The translations under genes were made by a program, and so were the position numbers. Shown here piece by piece: positions 38,207 through 51,874 of a stretch of 64,000 nt of DNA (the stretch's first letter is position 1; every line of letters begins with the position of its first letter). The stretch covers positions 24,986,001-25,050,000 of the forward strand of contig NC_043007.1 in assembly GCF_006345805.1 (NCBI RefSeq), given 5' to 3'. The stretch is from Octopus sinensis. Its lineage: Eukaryota. The notes beneath the pieces were generated by a model. It made no database searches, was not told the DNA's origin, and saw nothing but the letters and a program-made list of their open reading frames with translations.

Positions 38207-40577
38207 AGTACAATCATGAATACAGGTGGATGAAATAAGGTTCTTTTGAAGGATCTTTGGAGTAATTTCTCACTAATTTCAAAAGTAATTGACACAAAGG
38301 CAACATATATCTACAGGAATATATTGGTTTCAAATTTCGACACAAAGCCAGCAAGTATGAAGGGTGGAGCTAAGTCAATTACTCAACACCAGCGCTCAAC
38401 TGGTACTTATTTTATTAACCCCAAAGGGATGAAAGGCAAAGTCAACCATGACAGAATTTGAACTTAGAACAAAAAGACAGGTGAAATTCCACAAAGCATT
38501 TCTCCCGGTGTGCTAACAATTCTACTAGCTCGCCACATTATTCCACAGAAATATATAAACAAAACAGCTAAGGCAGCTGCATAGTTATTGTCAAAAGATT
38601 ATGGAATTTATAAATCTGATGCTGCAATTCTGTACAGTTTAAATCAAAACGGAATTTCTGCTAAGATGCTTTTATATCAAATTCACTAATTCATATACAT
38701 TGTCATCATTTTAACATTCAGTTTTTCATGCTCATATGTGGGTAGGATGGAATTTTATTGAGGGAGATTTTCTATGGTTGGATGCCCTTCTTGTCATCAA
38801 CCCCCATGTTTTCCCAAATAAGGTCAAGCCAAGTTAAATCATAGTTGTGACTGATTCCAGTGCCATGTGATTGGCATCCATGCTGGTGGCATGTAAAAAG
38901 CACCGTTCAGATGTTGGGCCTCACATAGGCAGTGACAGGTAACCGAGACCTTTGGTGATATACCATGCTTGAGAAAACCTGTCAAGCCAAGTGAGATCGT
39001 AGTCGTGGTTGATGCTGGTGTCATGAACATGCCACCCATGCCGGTGTCACATAACTGGTAACCATGCTGGAGTCATGTAACTGGCACCCGTGCCAGTGGC
39101 ACATAAAAAGCGTCCACTACACACTTGGAGAGGTTGGTATTAGGAAAGGCATCCTGCTGTAGAAATTATGCCAAATCAGATTGGAACTTGGTGCAGCTCC
39201 CTCTGGCTTACCAGTTCTCACAAACCATCCAACCCATGGCAGCATGGAAAATGGAAGTTTGATGATGATGATGATGGTGGTGTTGATGGTGTTGGTGGTG
39301 GTGATGGTGGTGATGGTGGAGGTGGTGATGGTAGTGGTGATGGTGATGATGATGATGATGATGATGAAGAAGAAAGTAATATTCCCCCATAACTAGTCAG
39401 AGACATTACTTGCATGACTGTAATATTTATTCATAACTATTGCAAAATGCATATACACACATGCCTACACACACACACACACACTCAAACACACACACAC
39501 TCAAACACACACACACAAACACACAATGGGCTTCTTTCAGTTTCCAGCTACCAAACTCACACAAGGATCCGGTCGACCCAGAGTTATAGCAGAAGACTAT
39601 TGTCCAATGTGCTACACAGTGAGATTGAAAGCAGAACCATGTAGTTGGAAAGTAAATTTCTTACCACCGAGCCATGTCTGCACCTATTTCATGTTCTATG
39701 AGATTAAAATAATGACTACTTTGTGATTTGCTTATTTTACTTCACTACTGACACACTTGAGAATAACTCCAATAAGACAATATATTTAGCTATTTGTGGA
39801 TAATGATTGATCATATCTTGTCTTCAATCTTTTTTTTCATTCAACTTTCTATTTCTGTAAAAGCCAACTTCAAGATAATGCTTAAGTTTCTGCAATGCAG
39901 TATTAGTTGTAGTTTGTACTGTTAGAGTTGGTTCTGAAATAATCAATCTGTTAGAACATCTAACTGCCATCTTGTGGAGGTTTGTTGGTGTTAGGAAGGA
40001 CATCCAGCCATAGAACAGACAAAGGCGGCGAGCTGGCACAAAACGTTAGCATGCCAGGCGAAATGCTTAGCAATATTTTGTCTGCCGTTACATTCTGGGT
40101 TCAAATTCCACTGACGTCGACTTTGCCTTTCATCCTTTCGGGGTGGATTAAATAAGTACCAGTTATGGACTGGGGTCGATATAACCGACTTAATCCGTTT
40201 GTCTGTCCTTATTTGACTTCTCTGTGTTTAGCCCCTTGTGGGTAGTAAAGAAATAGGTATTTCGTCTGCCGTTATGTTCTGGGTTCAAATTCCGCCAAGG
40301 TCGACTTTGTCTTTCATCTTTTGGGGTCGATAAATAAAGTACCAGTTATGTACTGGGGTCAATGTAATCGACTTCATCCCTTTGTCTGTCCTTGTTTGTC
40401 CCCTCTATGGTTAGCCCCTTGTGGGCTAACCATAGACACTGGAACATTAACAGAAAAGTTTTTTTAAAAGAATATTTGCATAGTGTTCAAATACAAGTGG
40501 CATTTTCCTTGTTTCTGCCTGTCTCTGTCTCTCTTGTTTACTCTTGTGGGTTCAAGGTTGTTGTGTATCTTTGCATG

Positions 40578-40623
<46 letters not shown>

Positions 40624-41121
40624 TACATACATACATACATACATACAAACATACATACATACACATGCATTTTCAATTGAATCTCCTGCAAGTTAACATG
40701 GGATTCCTTGTCGACAATGTAAACTTCATTTGATTAAGGTATCTTTGGCCCAACAAGTAACTAGTGATTTACCCCTCCTTTGGGTAATTACTACTTCTGA
40801 GGCTCTGTTATCTAAGAAACATATGCAGTCTGGATTTTATCGACTCCATTCCCTAATTCTGGATTTTCATTCAGATACACAGCAACCCCAGTTGCTAACT
40901 TTGAGCTATAAAATAACTTCCTTCAGCTTATTGAACTTTGATATGGGAAAAATTTACAACCTTCTACGTCAATAAACCACTATTGTTCCCTGAAAGTTGT
41001 TTTTTATTCCTTCTATGGATTGCTTGATGCTTATTCAATTCTTAAACCTTGATCCTTGCATCTTACCTTTACATCTATATACATATATGTATGTGTGTGT
41101 GTGTGTGTGTGTGTGTATATA

Positions 41122-42367
41122 CAGGGTGTCCCAAAAAAATGTATACACACTTTAGCAGCTGATAATTCAATTGATATTTTTTCTTTCCAGATGAAACCTA
41201 TAGGATTTAATGATGGCAGTCAGATTAAGCTTTGAACAAAGAAAATTCATTCTAAAATGATACTGGAAGTGTGAAAATGCAGTTGAAGTGCAAAAACAGT
41301 TGGGTAGGGAGTTTCAAACAGATCCACCAATGCAACTCCCTATCACTTGAATTAGAGATAAGTTTGAAGCTGATGGAACTGTTCAGAATGTCCACGATAA
41401 GCATTCCAGAAGACCCCAAACATCAACAACCCCAACAAAGCAAGGAGTACTAGAAATGAATCACCAAAGTCCAAGAAAATCTGTGCGGCAAAGCGAGTCA
41501 TGAGGTAGGTATTCCAAAATCATCTGTCCAATGCATTTTGAAGCATTGTCAATGGAAAAGTTACATTCCAAGATTAGTCCATGCTATTAATGATGATGAT
41601 CCAGACGAAAGAGTGCAGTATTGCGAGTGGTACTTGGAACGATGTGTAGAAGCTGCACACTTTCCAACAAAGATTGTGTGGAGTGACGAAGCCACATTCA
41701 AATTAAATGGTTCAATTAACTGCCACAATTGCACCTACTGGGGTCCTGAGAATCTGCATGTTATGGTGAAACACCATGTTAATTTGATATTTGTGTGGTG
41801 TGGTTTATCATCAAGAAGATTAATTGGACTATTCTTTTGTTATGCTACTGTGACTGGTCCCGTTTACTTGAACTTGTTGCAACAGTCTGTTATGCCAAGC
41901 ATTAGAGAAGACTTTGAAGATGAGGAGTTTTATTTTCAGCAAGATGGGGCACCCCCACACTACCATTGCTATGTTAGATCCTTCCTTGATGAGATCTTGC
42001 TAAACAGGTGGATTGGATGAAGAGGTATGGTTGAATTCACCAGACCTCACACCACTAGACTTTTTTATGGGGATACCTTAAAGACAAATTCTACGCTATG
42101 AAACCTACAAGTCGCTGATTTGAGAGCAGCCATTGGACGAGAGTGCACACAAATACCAAACAAATTCTTTTGTGATATTTGTGATTCCATTCCTTTGCGT
42201 TGTCAGCAGTGCCTGGACCAGACCGGACATCAGTTTGAAAACAGGCATTGACAAAACAATAAAATAATGTCTGTAGATTCTATTAAATTTTGAAAATGAA
42301 GTGTCTTTTAATAAACAACTACTTTACAATTGTTTAAAGTGTGCATACATTTTTTTGGGACACCCTG
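41122..42367 (+). mobile_element. Full-length but inactivated Tc1/mariner element of rosa (DD41D) type
   Basis: TA TSD; 33-bp TIR CAGGGTGTCCCAAAAAAATGTAT(A/G)CACACTTTA; [41 protein letters not shown]-41-D spacing results if the deleted WPPR codons are restored. Several stops and frameshifts. Confidence 0.88.
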
Positions 42368-43574
42368 TATATATATATAGATATATATATAAAGGAAAAT
42401 CTATCACCTTACACACATACACACACATATTCTTTTATTCTGTTATTGGTTTCAGTCACTTGACTGCAGCCATGCTGGAGCATCACCTTTAATCAAACAA
42501 ATCGACCCCAGGAGTTATTCTTTGCAAGCCTAGTACTTATTCTATTGGTCTCTTTTGCCAAACAGTTGTCAAGTGATGGTGGGGGGACAAACACATATAC
42601 AAACGCACACACACACACACACACACACATATATGATGGGCTTCTTTCAGTTTCTGTCTACCAAATCCACTCACAAGGCTTTGGTCGACCTGATGCTATA
42701 TATAGTAGAAGACACTTGCCCGAGGAGCCACACAGTAGGACTGAACCTGGAATCATGTGGTTGGGAAGCAAGCTTCTTACCACACAGCAACACAAATATG
42801 TGTGAGTTTTATGTATAATTATGCAAAAAGACATTTAAATATTAAATGAGAAAGCACTAAATAATATATATATGCAGAGAACAAATTATATTCTTATAGT
42901 TTTTATAAAGGAAAGCTTGACAAGGCTTTCAATATTTCAAAGATGGAATGGTTGGCTTAATAAGACTATCTGATAATGCCATCCATTGGTAAAACCTCAA
43001 AGCCATTGTCAACCTTCTCTTTGCCAGATACACACACATACACACATGTGCATACATGCACAAACCCACATACTGCAATTCAAATTCCAGTGTGCCTTAT
43101 CTATCATTCAATCACTAGTCTACAAATATCATCTGATAAGTGAAAAACACATATATAAATTGAGAACACAAAAAAAGATGAGAAATATAGATACTTAGTT
43201 AAACGAAATGTAATTATATTATGATATTGAGATGCTGTCCTCTTTTTGAATGCAACATTTCATAAACATATTTAAAGTAATGCAATTTACAAAATCAGAA
43301 CAGATACAAACTCTTTAGATATTTTCACAGGATTGTCATAACATCACAGGTAATGTCATAAGCAACCTCAGTAAGATATACATTTATTATGTATAAGATA
43401 TACGTAGTATAAAATCTGTTTTCTATACAATATAGTCTGTCTGTTATATAATCTATGTATATTCCATGGAGTTTATTAAGGACATATTCTGTATATGGTC
43501 TATGTGTTATACACTATCCTGACTAATGTGGCTAAGAAGTTTGCTTCTCAACCACATGGCTTTAGTGTCACATA

Positions 43575-43910
43575 AAAGCACCTGTGTGGTACCACATAAA
43601 AGTGTCCATGCGGCACCAGTTAAAAGCTCCTGTGCAGTATCACATAAACACGCCATGTGGTGCCATGCAAAAGTACCCATGAGGCACTACACAAAAGCAC
43701 CTTTGTGGTGCCATGTAAAAGCATCCATGCAGTGTCACATAAAAGTGCCTTAAGAGTACCTGTGCAGTGCCACATAAAGGCATCTGTGTGGTGCCATGTA
43801 AAAGTGTCTGTGCAGCTCCACATAAAAGCAACCCTGTGGTGCCATATAAAAGTGTCTGTGTGATGTCACGTAGAAGCACCTGTGCAGAGCCACATAAAAT
43901 CACCCAGCAT
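43575..43910. repeat. Degenerate 22-bp tandem array GTGCCACATAAAAGCACCTGT
   Basis: About 15 units of the same core motif at a 22-bp period. Confidence 0.8.
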
Positions 43911-44581
43911 ACTCTATAAAGTGGTTGGCATATTTTTTTTTTTACTTGTTTCAGTCATTTGACTGCGGCCATGCTGGAGCACCGCCTTTAGTCAAGCAAA
44001 TCAACCCCGGGACTTATTCTTTGTAAGCCCAGTACTTATTCTATCGCTCTCTTTTGCCGAACTGCTAAGTGATGGGCACGTAAACACACCAGCATCTGTT
44101 GTCAAGCAATGCTAGGGGGTCAAACACAGACACGCAAACACACACATACACATATACACGACAAGCTTCTTTCAGTTTCTGTCTACCAAATCCACTCACA
44201 AGGCATTGGTCGGCCCGGGGCTATAGCAGAAGACACTTGCCCAAGATGCCACACAGTGGGACTGAACCCGGAACCATGTGGTTGGTTAGCAAGCCACTTA
44301 CCACACAGCCACTCCTACGCCAATATATATATTTATTTATTTATTTATTTATATATGGTTGTTATATTTTTTTGATAACATAATAGGTTAGACAGGATGA
44401 TGTCTGTATTACAATAACCAAAATATGATATTCATGTATAGTAATATTACAATCACGAAATTAGCATTAGCTTGTCTCACTCTTTCTTGCGGAACCCTAG
44501 GAACACTGATATAGACAAAGGATTAGGGGGAAAGGAAAAGGAACAATATACAAAAGTATCAAAGAAAGCTTAGCTTCTTAC

Positions 44582-44690
44582 CTGATTTGATAGAATGGTG
44601 GTGATAGATGTGAAAAAGGAGTCCAGTTTGCTTCCTTTCATCTTCAATGATTTAGCATCAGTAAATATGTTTATTATTGTCGGGTACCAG
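44582..44690 (-). CDS. DNAH12: Dynein heavy chain exon (109 nt, phase 2 to 0)
   Basis: ttgcag|CTGG ... AATCAG|gtaaga; WYPTIINIFTDAKSLKMKGSKLDSFFTSITTILSNQ. Confidence 0.92.
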
Positions 44691-46879
44691 CTGCAATATA
44701 ACAGGCCAAATATATGTAAAATCTCAAGTTTGTCAATCTCTTTTACTCTTTTGGTTGTTTCAGTCATTTGACTGTGGCCATGCTGGAGCACCGCCTTTAG
44801 TCAAGCTAATCGACCCCCAGGACTTATTCTTTGTAAGCCTAGTACTTATTCTATCGGTCTCTTTTGCCGAACCGCTAAGTTACGGGGACGTAAACACACC
44901 AGCATCGGTTGTCAAGCGATGTTGTGGGGGACAAACACAGACACACAAATATATATACACACACACATACATATATACAACGGGCTTCTTTCAGTTTCCG
45001 TCTACCAAATCCCCTCACAAGGCTTTGGTCGGCCCGAGGCTATAGTAGAAGATACTTACCCAAGGTGCCACGCAGTGGGAGTGAACCTGGAACCATGTGG
45101 TTGTAAGCAAGCTACTTACCACACAGCCACTCCTATGCCAATGTTTATCAATCTTAAGTATGCAAATCAAACCAAAAGGATTTAAGATGCTAAAGCAAAT
45201 CAACAGCTATCTAGCAAGGTGCCATGTACCTCCAACCATCAAAATCAATTTTTATCCCATCTGGTTAAGTTCTCTTGACAGATGAATTATCTCACAACCC
45301 CTGCAACCATCATTCAGCTTGTAGCTGACACAAGGTCTCTCTACAGCAGGTAGCACAATTAAATGCACCCAGTATACATAGTAAAGTTTTTGTGATAGGA
45401 AGGGTATTAACTGATAAAAATCGTTCCTAAATTAAGGATATACACAACAGAGTTACCAGTGTTTCTTGATGTTGAAGAATTGCTCTCGGTTGTGTGACAA
45501 AAGACTAAGGTGAGTGTTAAGAGGGAGAATCCTGGCTGGTGGTGATATGTTGGACTATGATGGATTGTGAGATATTAATACCCATACAACCCATACCAGC
45601 AGGGAAAATACACACACACACGCACACACACATGCACACACACACACACTCACTCACACTAACATATACACACACACTCACTCACACTAACATATAACAC
45701 ACACATACATGCGATGGGCTTTTTGCAGTTTCTGTCTACCAAATTCATTCACATTGCAAAGGTTTACTTCTTGGAAAATATTTAGGAAACACCATTGAAA
45801 AACTCAGGAAAAATCATGAGAAAATGTTGCGAAAGAAAGAGATGGATATTCATAGATATGTATTTATACACACACACATAGATATTTATTATGTATCATT
45901 ATTCTTCAATACTATACCCCACTCAGTTGAGGGTACTGGTATTGTGAGTGCTTGATAACCTCACCAATGTTGGTACCATGAAAAGAGCCCCCGGTGCACT
46001 CTGTAAAGTGTTTGAAATTAGGAAGTGACCCCAGCAGTAGAAACCCCAAATCAAAGCAGACACTGGAACTTGGCACAGCCCTTTAACTCATCAGTTCTAG
46101 TCAAAATGTACAAGACACTGCTACCACCATCAATGCTTCCGCTTCCTCTGATGCTGCTACCACCACCGATACTGGCACTAATGACAACAATGACAGTCTG
46201 TATACATACATATACATACATATTCAAATATATGTGTTGGGATATGTGTGTTCATATGCACATATACAAATTAATTATTAGTTTATTGACTGTGTTTGGT
46301 TGTTGTCGCTACCCGTGACCAGAAATTACAAACAACAATAACAAAAAAAACATAAAAAACATTCCCCATTAAAAGAAGACAAAACAAAAGAAAATAAAAA
46401 GAAAGCATAAAGCGAAATTAATTAACTGAGTAATTAATTACACACTTCTAACACAGTCATTCCCTATCTTACCAATATGGTTAACAACGTTTCTCAGGCC
46501 TTTACGAGACATAATTGGGCAGAAAATGAAGCTACTGCTTTGATAAACATTCTTTTGATTCTCATAATTGACAATGAAACATATAGGATGTGCAATAAAA
46601 TCACTACAAAACCTGCTTATAACACAACTGAGAGACAGGTTAAAAATAAATTTGAAGAAATCTCAAAATTACTTCATTGAGTGTGCATGGAGAAGCTAGA
46701 AATTGTTATTGGTTAATGAATAGAGCATTAACATTTGACTCTACTTCAGTAAGTCAGAATCTGTATCAACAAGCTGATATCCAGCAGCTGAAATGCAACT
46801 GACAACAGTAAATCGCTATCGCTATGGTAGTTCCTTTTGATCAAAGAATCTCCTACTGCTATCCATGACCAGCCCACTC

Positions 46880-47445
46880 AAGCAGAAAAATAAATTCCAC
46901 TCCTCGAAATCGAAAGATCCAGTCTTTCATTGGCTTCCTGGGAAAACTCCAACTCAACTGCTACTGTTTCGGTGGAGAATGTCAAAGTTGTTGACAGCTG
47001 CACTTATCTTGGCAGCATGATCCATAGCAACATTAGCTGCTAAGCCCAAAGTCTTAAAAACAGTTGGATGAGCTGGTATGGTATATTTGTGGATTCAGTG
47101 GACGAGGTTGTTTGGCACAGCTGACATCTGAGCAGAAGGACAAAGGTTTGGCTCTTCAGGTCTCTGGTCCTCCCTGTCATGCTCTACAGTTGTGAAACAG
47201 GACACTGTTCAGGATCCTCAAGAGCTGCCTGAAATCTTTTGGTGCCATTCACAGGATTATGGCCTACAATTGGTCAGACCCATATCCAACCAATAACTAT
47301 ATTAAAAAACTGGGATGCATCCTGTTGCTTGTATGATTTGAGAGCATCAGCTTAGACAGCTTGGCCATGTTGCTCAGTGATCCAAATTGGATCCTGCATA
47401 CTGGGTTCTCTTCTCTGAGGATCTGGCTAGGACCAGGGCTGTAGA
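46880..47445 (+). mobile_element. Old degenerate RTE-type LINE RT C-terminal relic
   Basis: VENVKVVDSCTYLGSMIH ... SRRTKVWLFRSLVLPVMLYSCET ... RHQLRQLGHVAQ across broken frames. Confidence 0.7.
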
Positions 47446-48005
47446 GATGAAACAAGAAACTTTGACTCCGATTCTGACTCTGACTCCTCTTTATGTAATT
47501 AAGTGATTGTGGTCTACATATCTCACAAAACATACGCATACACTTGTACTTTGAGTAGGCCTGTATGTTATAACTGGTTTATATTAAAGAATAAAGACAT
47601 TGTGAGTCGGAATCAGAGTCGGTATAGTTTTACCGACTCCGACTCCAGCTACCCCTTAATTGTTTCTGACTCCGACTCCCCAGCCCTGGCTAGGAAGATG
47701 ACTCATGCTGGTTAGTCACATGCCTCATGGCCACAACAGATGAGGAAGCATCTTGGGGAGATGGGAAGTGACAGGGACTCAGTTCAGAGGACTGCCCAGA
47801 CTGACCCAAGCAAATATTGACAAACAGTGGATGCAGCAACAAACTGCAATGGTCCATGCCGCCATACCAGCCCTTTAAAAAGACAAAAAAAGAACAGCTT
47901 TTCCCATCATTTAAGAATCCAAATCCATTGAGATAACAGCAACAAAATCCCATCGTTCTCACCTGCATCCCACCATGTGTCAGAAACTTATAAAAGGGTT
48001 TTTAA

Positions 48006-48587
48006 CCTTTTAGCATTCAGATTATTCTGTTAAATGTAATATTTACTTATTCATATTGTTTTCAATCAAGGAGTGGCTGTGTGGTAAGTAGCTTGCTTTC
48101 CAACCACGTGGTCCCAGGTCCAGTCCCACTGCGTGGCACCTTGGGCAAGTGTCTTCTACTATAGCTTCAGGCCGACCAAAGGCTTGTGAGTGGATTTGGT
48201 AGACAGAAACTGGAAGAAGCCCGTCGTATATGTATATATGTATATGTATGTGTGTATATATGTTTGTGTGTCTGTTTGTCCCACCCAACATTGCTTGACA
48301 ACCGTAACTTAGCAGCTCGGTAAAAAGTGACCAATAGAATAAGTACTAGGCTTACAAAGAATAAGTCCTGGGGTCGATTTGCTCGACTAAAGGCGGTGCT
48401 CCAGCATAGCCACAGTCAAATGATTGAAACAAGTAAAAGAGTATCTTGTAGCTTCAAGATTTCGATGATGTGATCTTTCATTTTGAGATACATTATAGGA
48501 TAGATGTGAGGAGCCAGATTGGGCCAGTTTGAACAAAGAACAGGTAAAATGTTTGGGCCAGATATGGCCAGTTTAAACGCTAAAGGG
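48006..48587. mobile_element. Second copy of the TTAA MITE, split by a SINE at about 48068-48442
   Basis: ttaa|ccttttagc ... gctaaaggg|tcaa; the two halves match 37178-37398. Confidence 0.7.
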
Positions 48588-49162
48588 TCAAATAAGGCAT
48601 AGCCAGAAAACAATGTCCACAACAATCACAGCATAGAAGGTAGATATTAGCCTTTCGAAAAACACACAAGATCTGCCAACTTCACTTAAACATTTATTAT
48701 TCTGTGTCAAAATGTTTGTTACACTAGCTGTGGTCTCAGAGCAAATCATTGGCCAAACAAGTAATATCTCCAAATGTCCACAACTGTATCTGAAATACTG
48801 CCCTAAATGTAGAGTCCATGGCCTTGGTTCCAAATATGGATGGATGTATCAAAATAACAGACTGGCCTGGCACTAGGGTCAAATAAGACATAGCCAGAAA
48901 ACAATGTCCACAACAATCACAGCATAGAAGGTAGATATTAGCCTTTCGAAAAACACACAAGATCTGCCAACTTCACTTAAACATTTATTATTCTGTGTCA
49001 AAATGTTTGTCACACTAACTGTGGTCTCAGAGCAAATCATTGGCCAAACAAGTAATATCTCCAAATGTCCACAACTTTATCTGAAATACTGCCCTAAATG
49101 TAGAGTCCATGGCCTTGATTCCAAATATTGATGGATGTACCAAGAATAACAGACTGGCCTGG
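48584..49162. repeat. Direct tandem duplication, 291-bp period
   Basis: CATAGCCAGAAA at 48598 and 48889; few substitutions between copies. Confidence 0.92.
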
Positions 49163-49959
49163 AACTCTGTCATTTATGATGACAAGTGCTATGGTTGATC
49201 TAATCAAGGGAACAATCTGCTCATGAAATTAAATGTACAAGTGGCTGAGAACTCCACAGACATAATGTACCCTTAACATAGTTCCCAGGGATGTGACAAG
49301 GCTGGCCCTTTGAATTACAGGTGCTGCTCATGTTTACCATCTGAGTGGACAGGTGAAGGATTAACAAGTGTGTCTTTTCCCCACCTGAAACTGTACCAGA
49401 GCTCATTTTTGCTGAAAATCAGGAATGTAAAAAAATTATTATCACTGTTGTCAATAGTGGCAGTGGTGGTAGTAGCATCATCATCATGTTCATCATCGTC
49501 GTTGTCGTCATCATCATCATTATTTAATGTCTGTCTTCCATGCTGGCTGGCATAGACTGGACAGTTTGACGAGATGTGGCAGGTTTGAGGGATGCTGCAT
49601 TGGGATCCACTGCCTCATATGGTATACTTTCTACCACTGGAAGCCTTTCCTAAAGTTGACCATTTCAAAGTGTGCTAAGTACAGTGTGTGTATGTGTGAC
49701 ATGCGTGAATGCGTGTGTGTGTGTGTAGAACCAGGATTGGTGAGGTTGCCATGCAGTTTGCACTATGGCTGATAGGGGCTACAGTAGAAATTGGGGTGAT
49801 TTCATGTAAGGAAGAGATGAGGAGGGGGTCAAAGAACAAATAAAGGGGCCGGAAGTTGCTTTTGATCTTACATTTGCTCTACCAGAGCTGACCTGGGGTT
49901 CAACAACAACGTAAAGAAAGAAAGAAAGAAAGGAAGAAAGAAAGAAAGAAAGCTGTTAC

Positions 49960-50043
49960 CTGTTCTTTAATTTGTCATTAGCTTTTTCCAGTTCCAACAT
50001 AACCATATTCCTCAAAGTTCCTAATTCTATAGCACCTTGAGCC
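49960..50043 (-). CDS. DNAH12: Dynein heavy chain exon (84 nt, phase 2 to 2)
   Basis: tttgcttag|GGCT ... AACAG|gtaaca; AQGAIELGTLRNMVMLELEKANDKLKN(S); bridges the flanking exons in frame. Confidence 0.85.
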
Positions 50044-50845
50044 CTAAGCAAAAAAGCATGAAAGAATGAACGTAAGAATTTGGTCCTTAACAGCATCTGG
50101 CACCAACAATCACCTGTTTTAACCAGGTTAATACCAATCCCTTTTTAAACCCATTCGATATAAACTTGTCGGTCAATCCATATTGATGTTACCGTCATTT
50201 ATTAACCCACTCAATATTATTGATTGACTTAATATTAAAAGATGGCAAGCCGGCAGAATCATTAGCATGCTTTTTACGTTCCACTGGCACGGGAGCTAGT
50301 CAGGGGTCACTGGCATCAGCCATGTTCGGATGGTGCTTTTAATGTGCCACTGGCATGGGAGCCAGTCAGGCAGCCCTGGCATTGATAACATTTGGATAGT
50401 GCTTTTTACGTGCCACTGGCACGAGAGCCAGTCAGGGAACACTGGCATCGGACTGGATCCCGTGCCAGTAATGTGTAATAACAGTTTTAAATTTCAGTAC
50501 AAAACCAGCAATTTTTAGCAAGCAGCGGGAGCATTATATTAACCCCAGTACTCAACTACTACTTATTTTATTGACCCCGAAAGGATGAAAGACAAGGCCG
50601 ATCTTAGTTGAATTTGAACTCAGAACGTTAAGATCAAGAAAGAATGCAACAAAGCATTTCACTCCATGTGTTAACAATTCTGCCAGCTTGCTACCTTATC
50701 ACTGTGTGATAATGCTATTTCTATATATCAGAAATTCAAATAAAATTTAAACTATAATATTTATGCGTTTATATAAATTATTCATGAAGAAAATGATTGA
50801 AAAAAAAATGAGAAATATCTTAAGATTGATAATTCCCAAACAATC

Positions 50846-50887
<42 letters not shown>

Positions 50888-51056
50888 TTTTTTTTATATA
50901 TAATACAAAGATATCAAAAATTATAAATTAGACAAAATAATATAAAAACTAAAAAAAATTCAAAAGCAAACAGAGCACAATGAAAAGCTATTAGTAATAA
51001 AAATAAAAACATAGATTACTGACATAAAATAGAGGCAGAAAGTGTTATGTACTCAC

Positions 51057-51215
51057 CGGAGCCCTGATAAGTTTAATAAAGTCATGTGACTTAATGTTGT
51101 CTGACAGACATTCAAAAGAATCTGTGTGAGTGGATGTAAGAGGTGTAGGTTCTGCTGAATGGCTTTGCGATGAATTTTGAACCTCTTGTGCCATTCTTTG
51201 GAATAATTAAGACCA
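51057..51215 (-). CDS. DNAH12: Dynein heavy chain exon (159 nt, phase 2 to 2)
   Basis: ccacag|TGGT ... CTCCG|gtgagt; GLNYSKEWHKRFKIHRKAIQQNLHLLHPLTQILLNVCQTTLSHMTLLNLSGL(R). Confidence 0.92.
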
Positions 51216-51271
51216 CTGTGGTTCAGTTATCATAGAAATAAAGAGGAAAAAGAAATCACTGATATATATAC

Positions 51272-51669
51272 ACTTTTACTCTTTTACTTGTTTCAGTCAT
51301 TTGACTGCGGCCATGCTGGAGCACCGCCTTCAATCGAGCAACTCGACCCCGGGACTTATTCTTTGTAAGCCCAGTACTTATTCTATCGGTCTCTTTTGCC
51401 GAACTGCTAAGTGACAGGGACATAAACACACCAACATCGGTTGTCAAGCAATGCTAGGGGGACAAACACAGATACACAAACACACACACATACACATACA
51501 TATATATGCGACAGGGTTCTTTCAGTTTCCGTCTACCAAATCCACTCACAAGGCTTTGGTCGGCCCGAGGCTATAGTAGAAGACACTTGCCCAAGGTGCC
51601 ACACAGTGGGACTGAACCCGGAAGCATGTGGTTGGTAAACAAGCTACTTACCACACAGCCACTCCTGCA

Positions 51670-51672
<3 letters not shown>
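51272..51672 (-). mobile_element. SINE family A
   Basis: Full-length reverse copy about 55 bp from the acceptor of exon 51057-51215. Confidence 0.8.
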
Positions 51673-51706
<34 letters not shown>

Positions 51707-51874
51707 TTTAAATTTGTTTAAGGGAAACATTTTGAATGTACAAATAATGCTCCGATTCCATTATGCCAGCCAAAGTCTAAAGGGATAAACAACCCTCAGT
51801 TAAACATCCATTAATGTAATATCACCCGAAGAAATGAATCCATGAAGATGATCTACTCAATGCCCATGGATACT

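Larger units (their letters stand above)
42430..45137 (-). mobile_element. Three same-orientation SINE family A copies (about 42430-42790, 43935-44322, 44738-45137); the span also contains exon 44582-44690
   Basis: Each has the tail TTGTTTCAGTCATTTGACTG, internal (CA)n/(TA)n and the head CCACACAGC. Confidence 0.78.

Noticed and set aside
46470-46615. Minus-strand segment ending in GTAAG as a possible extra exon
   Set aside because: The flanking exons already join in frame without a gap, the required phase contains a stop, and there is no dynein similarity.
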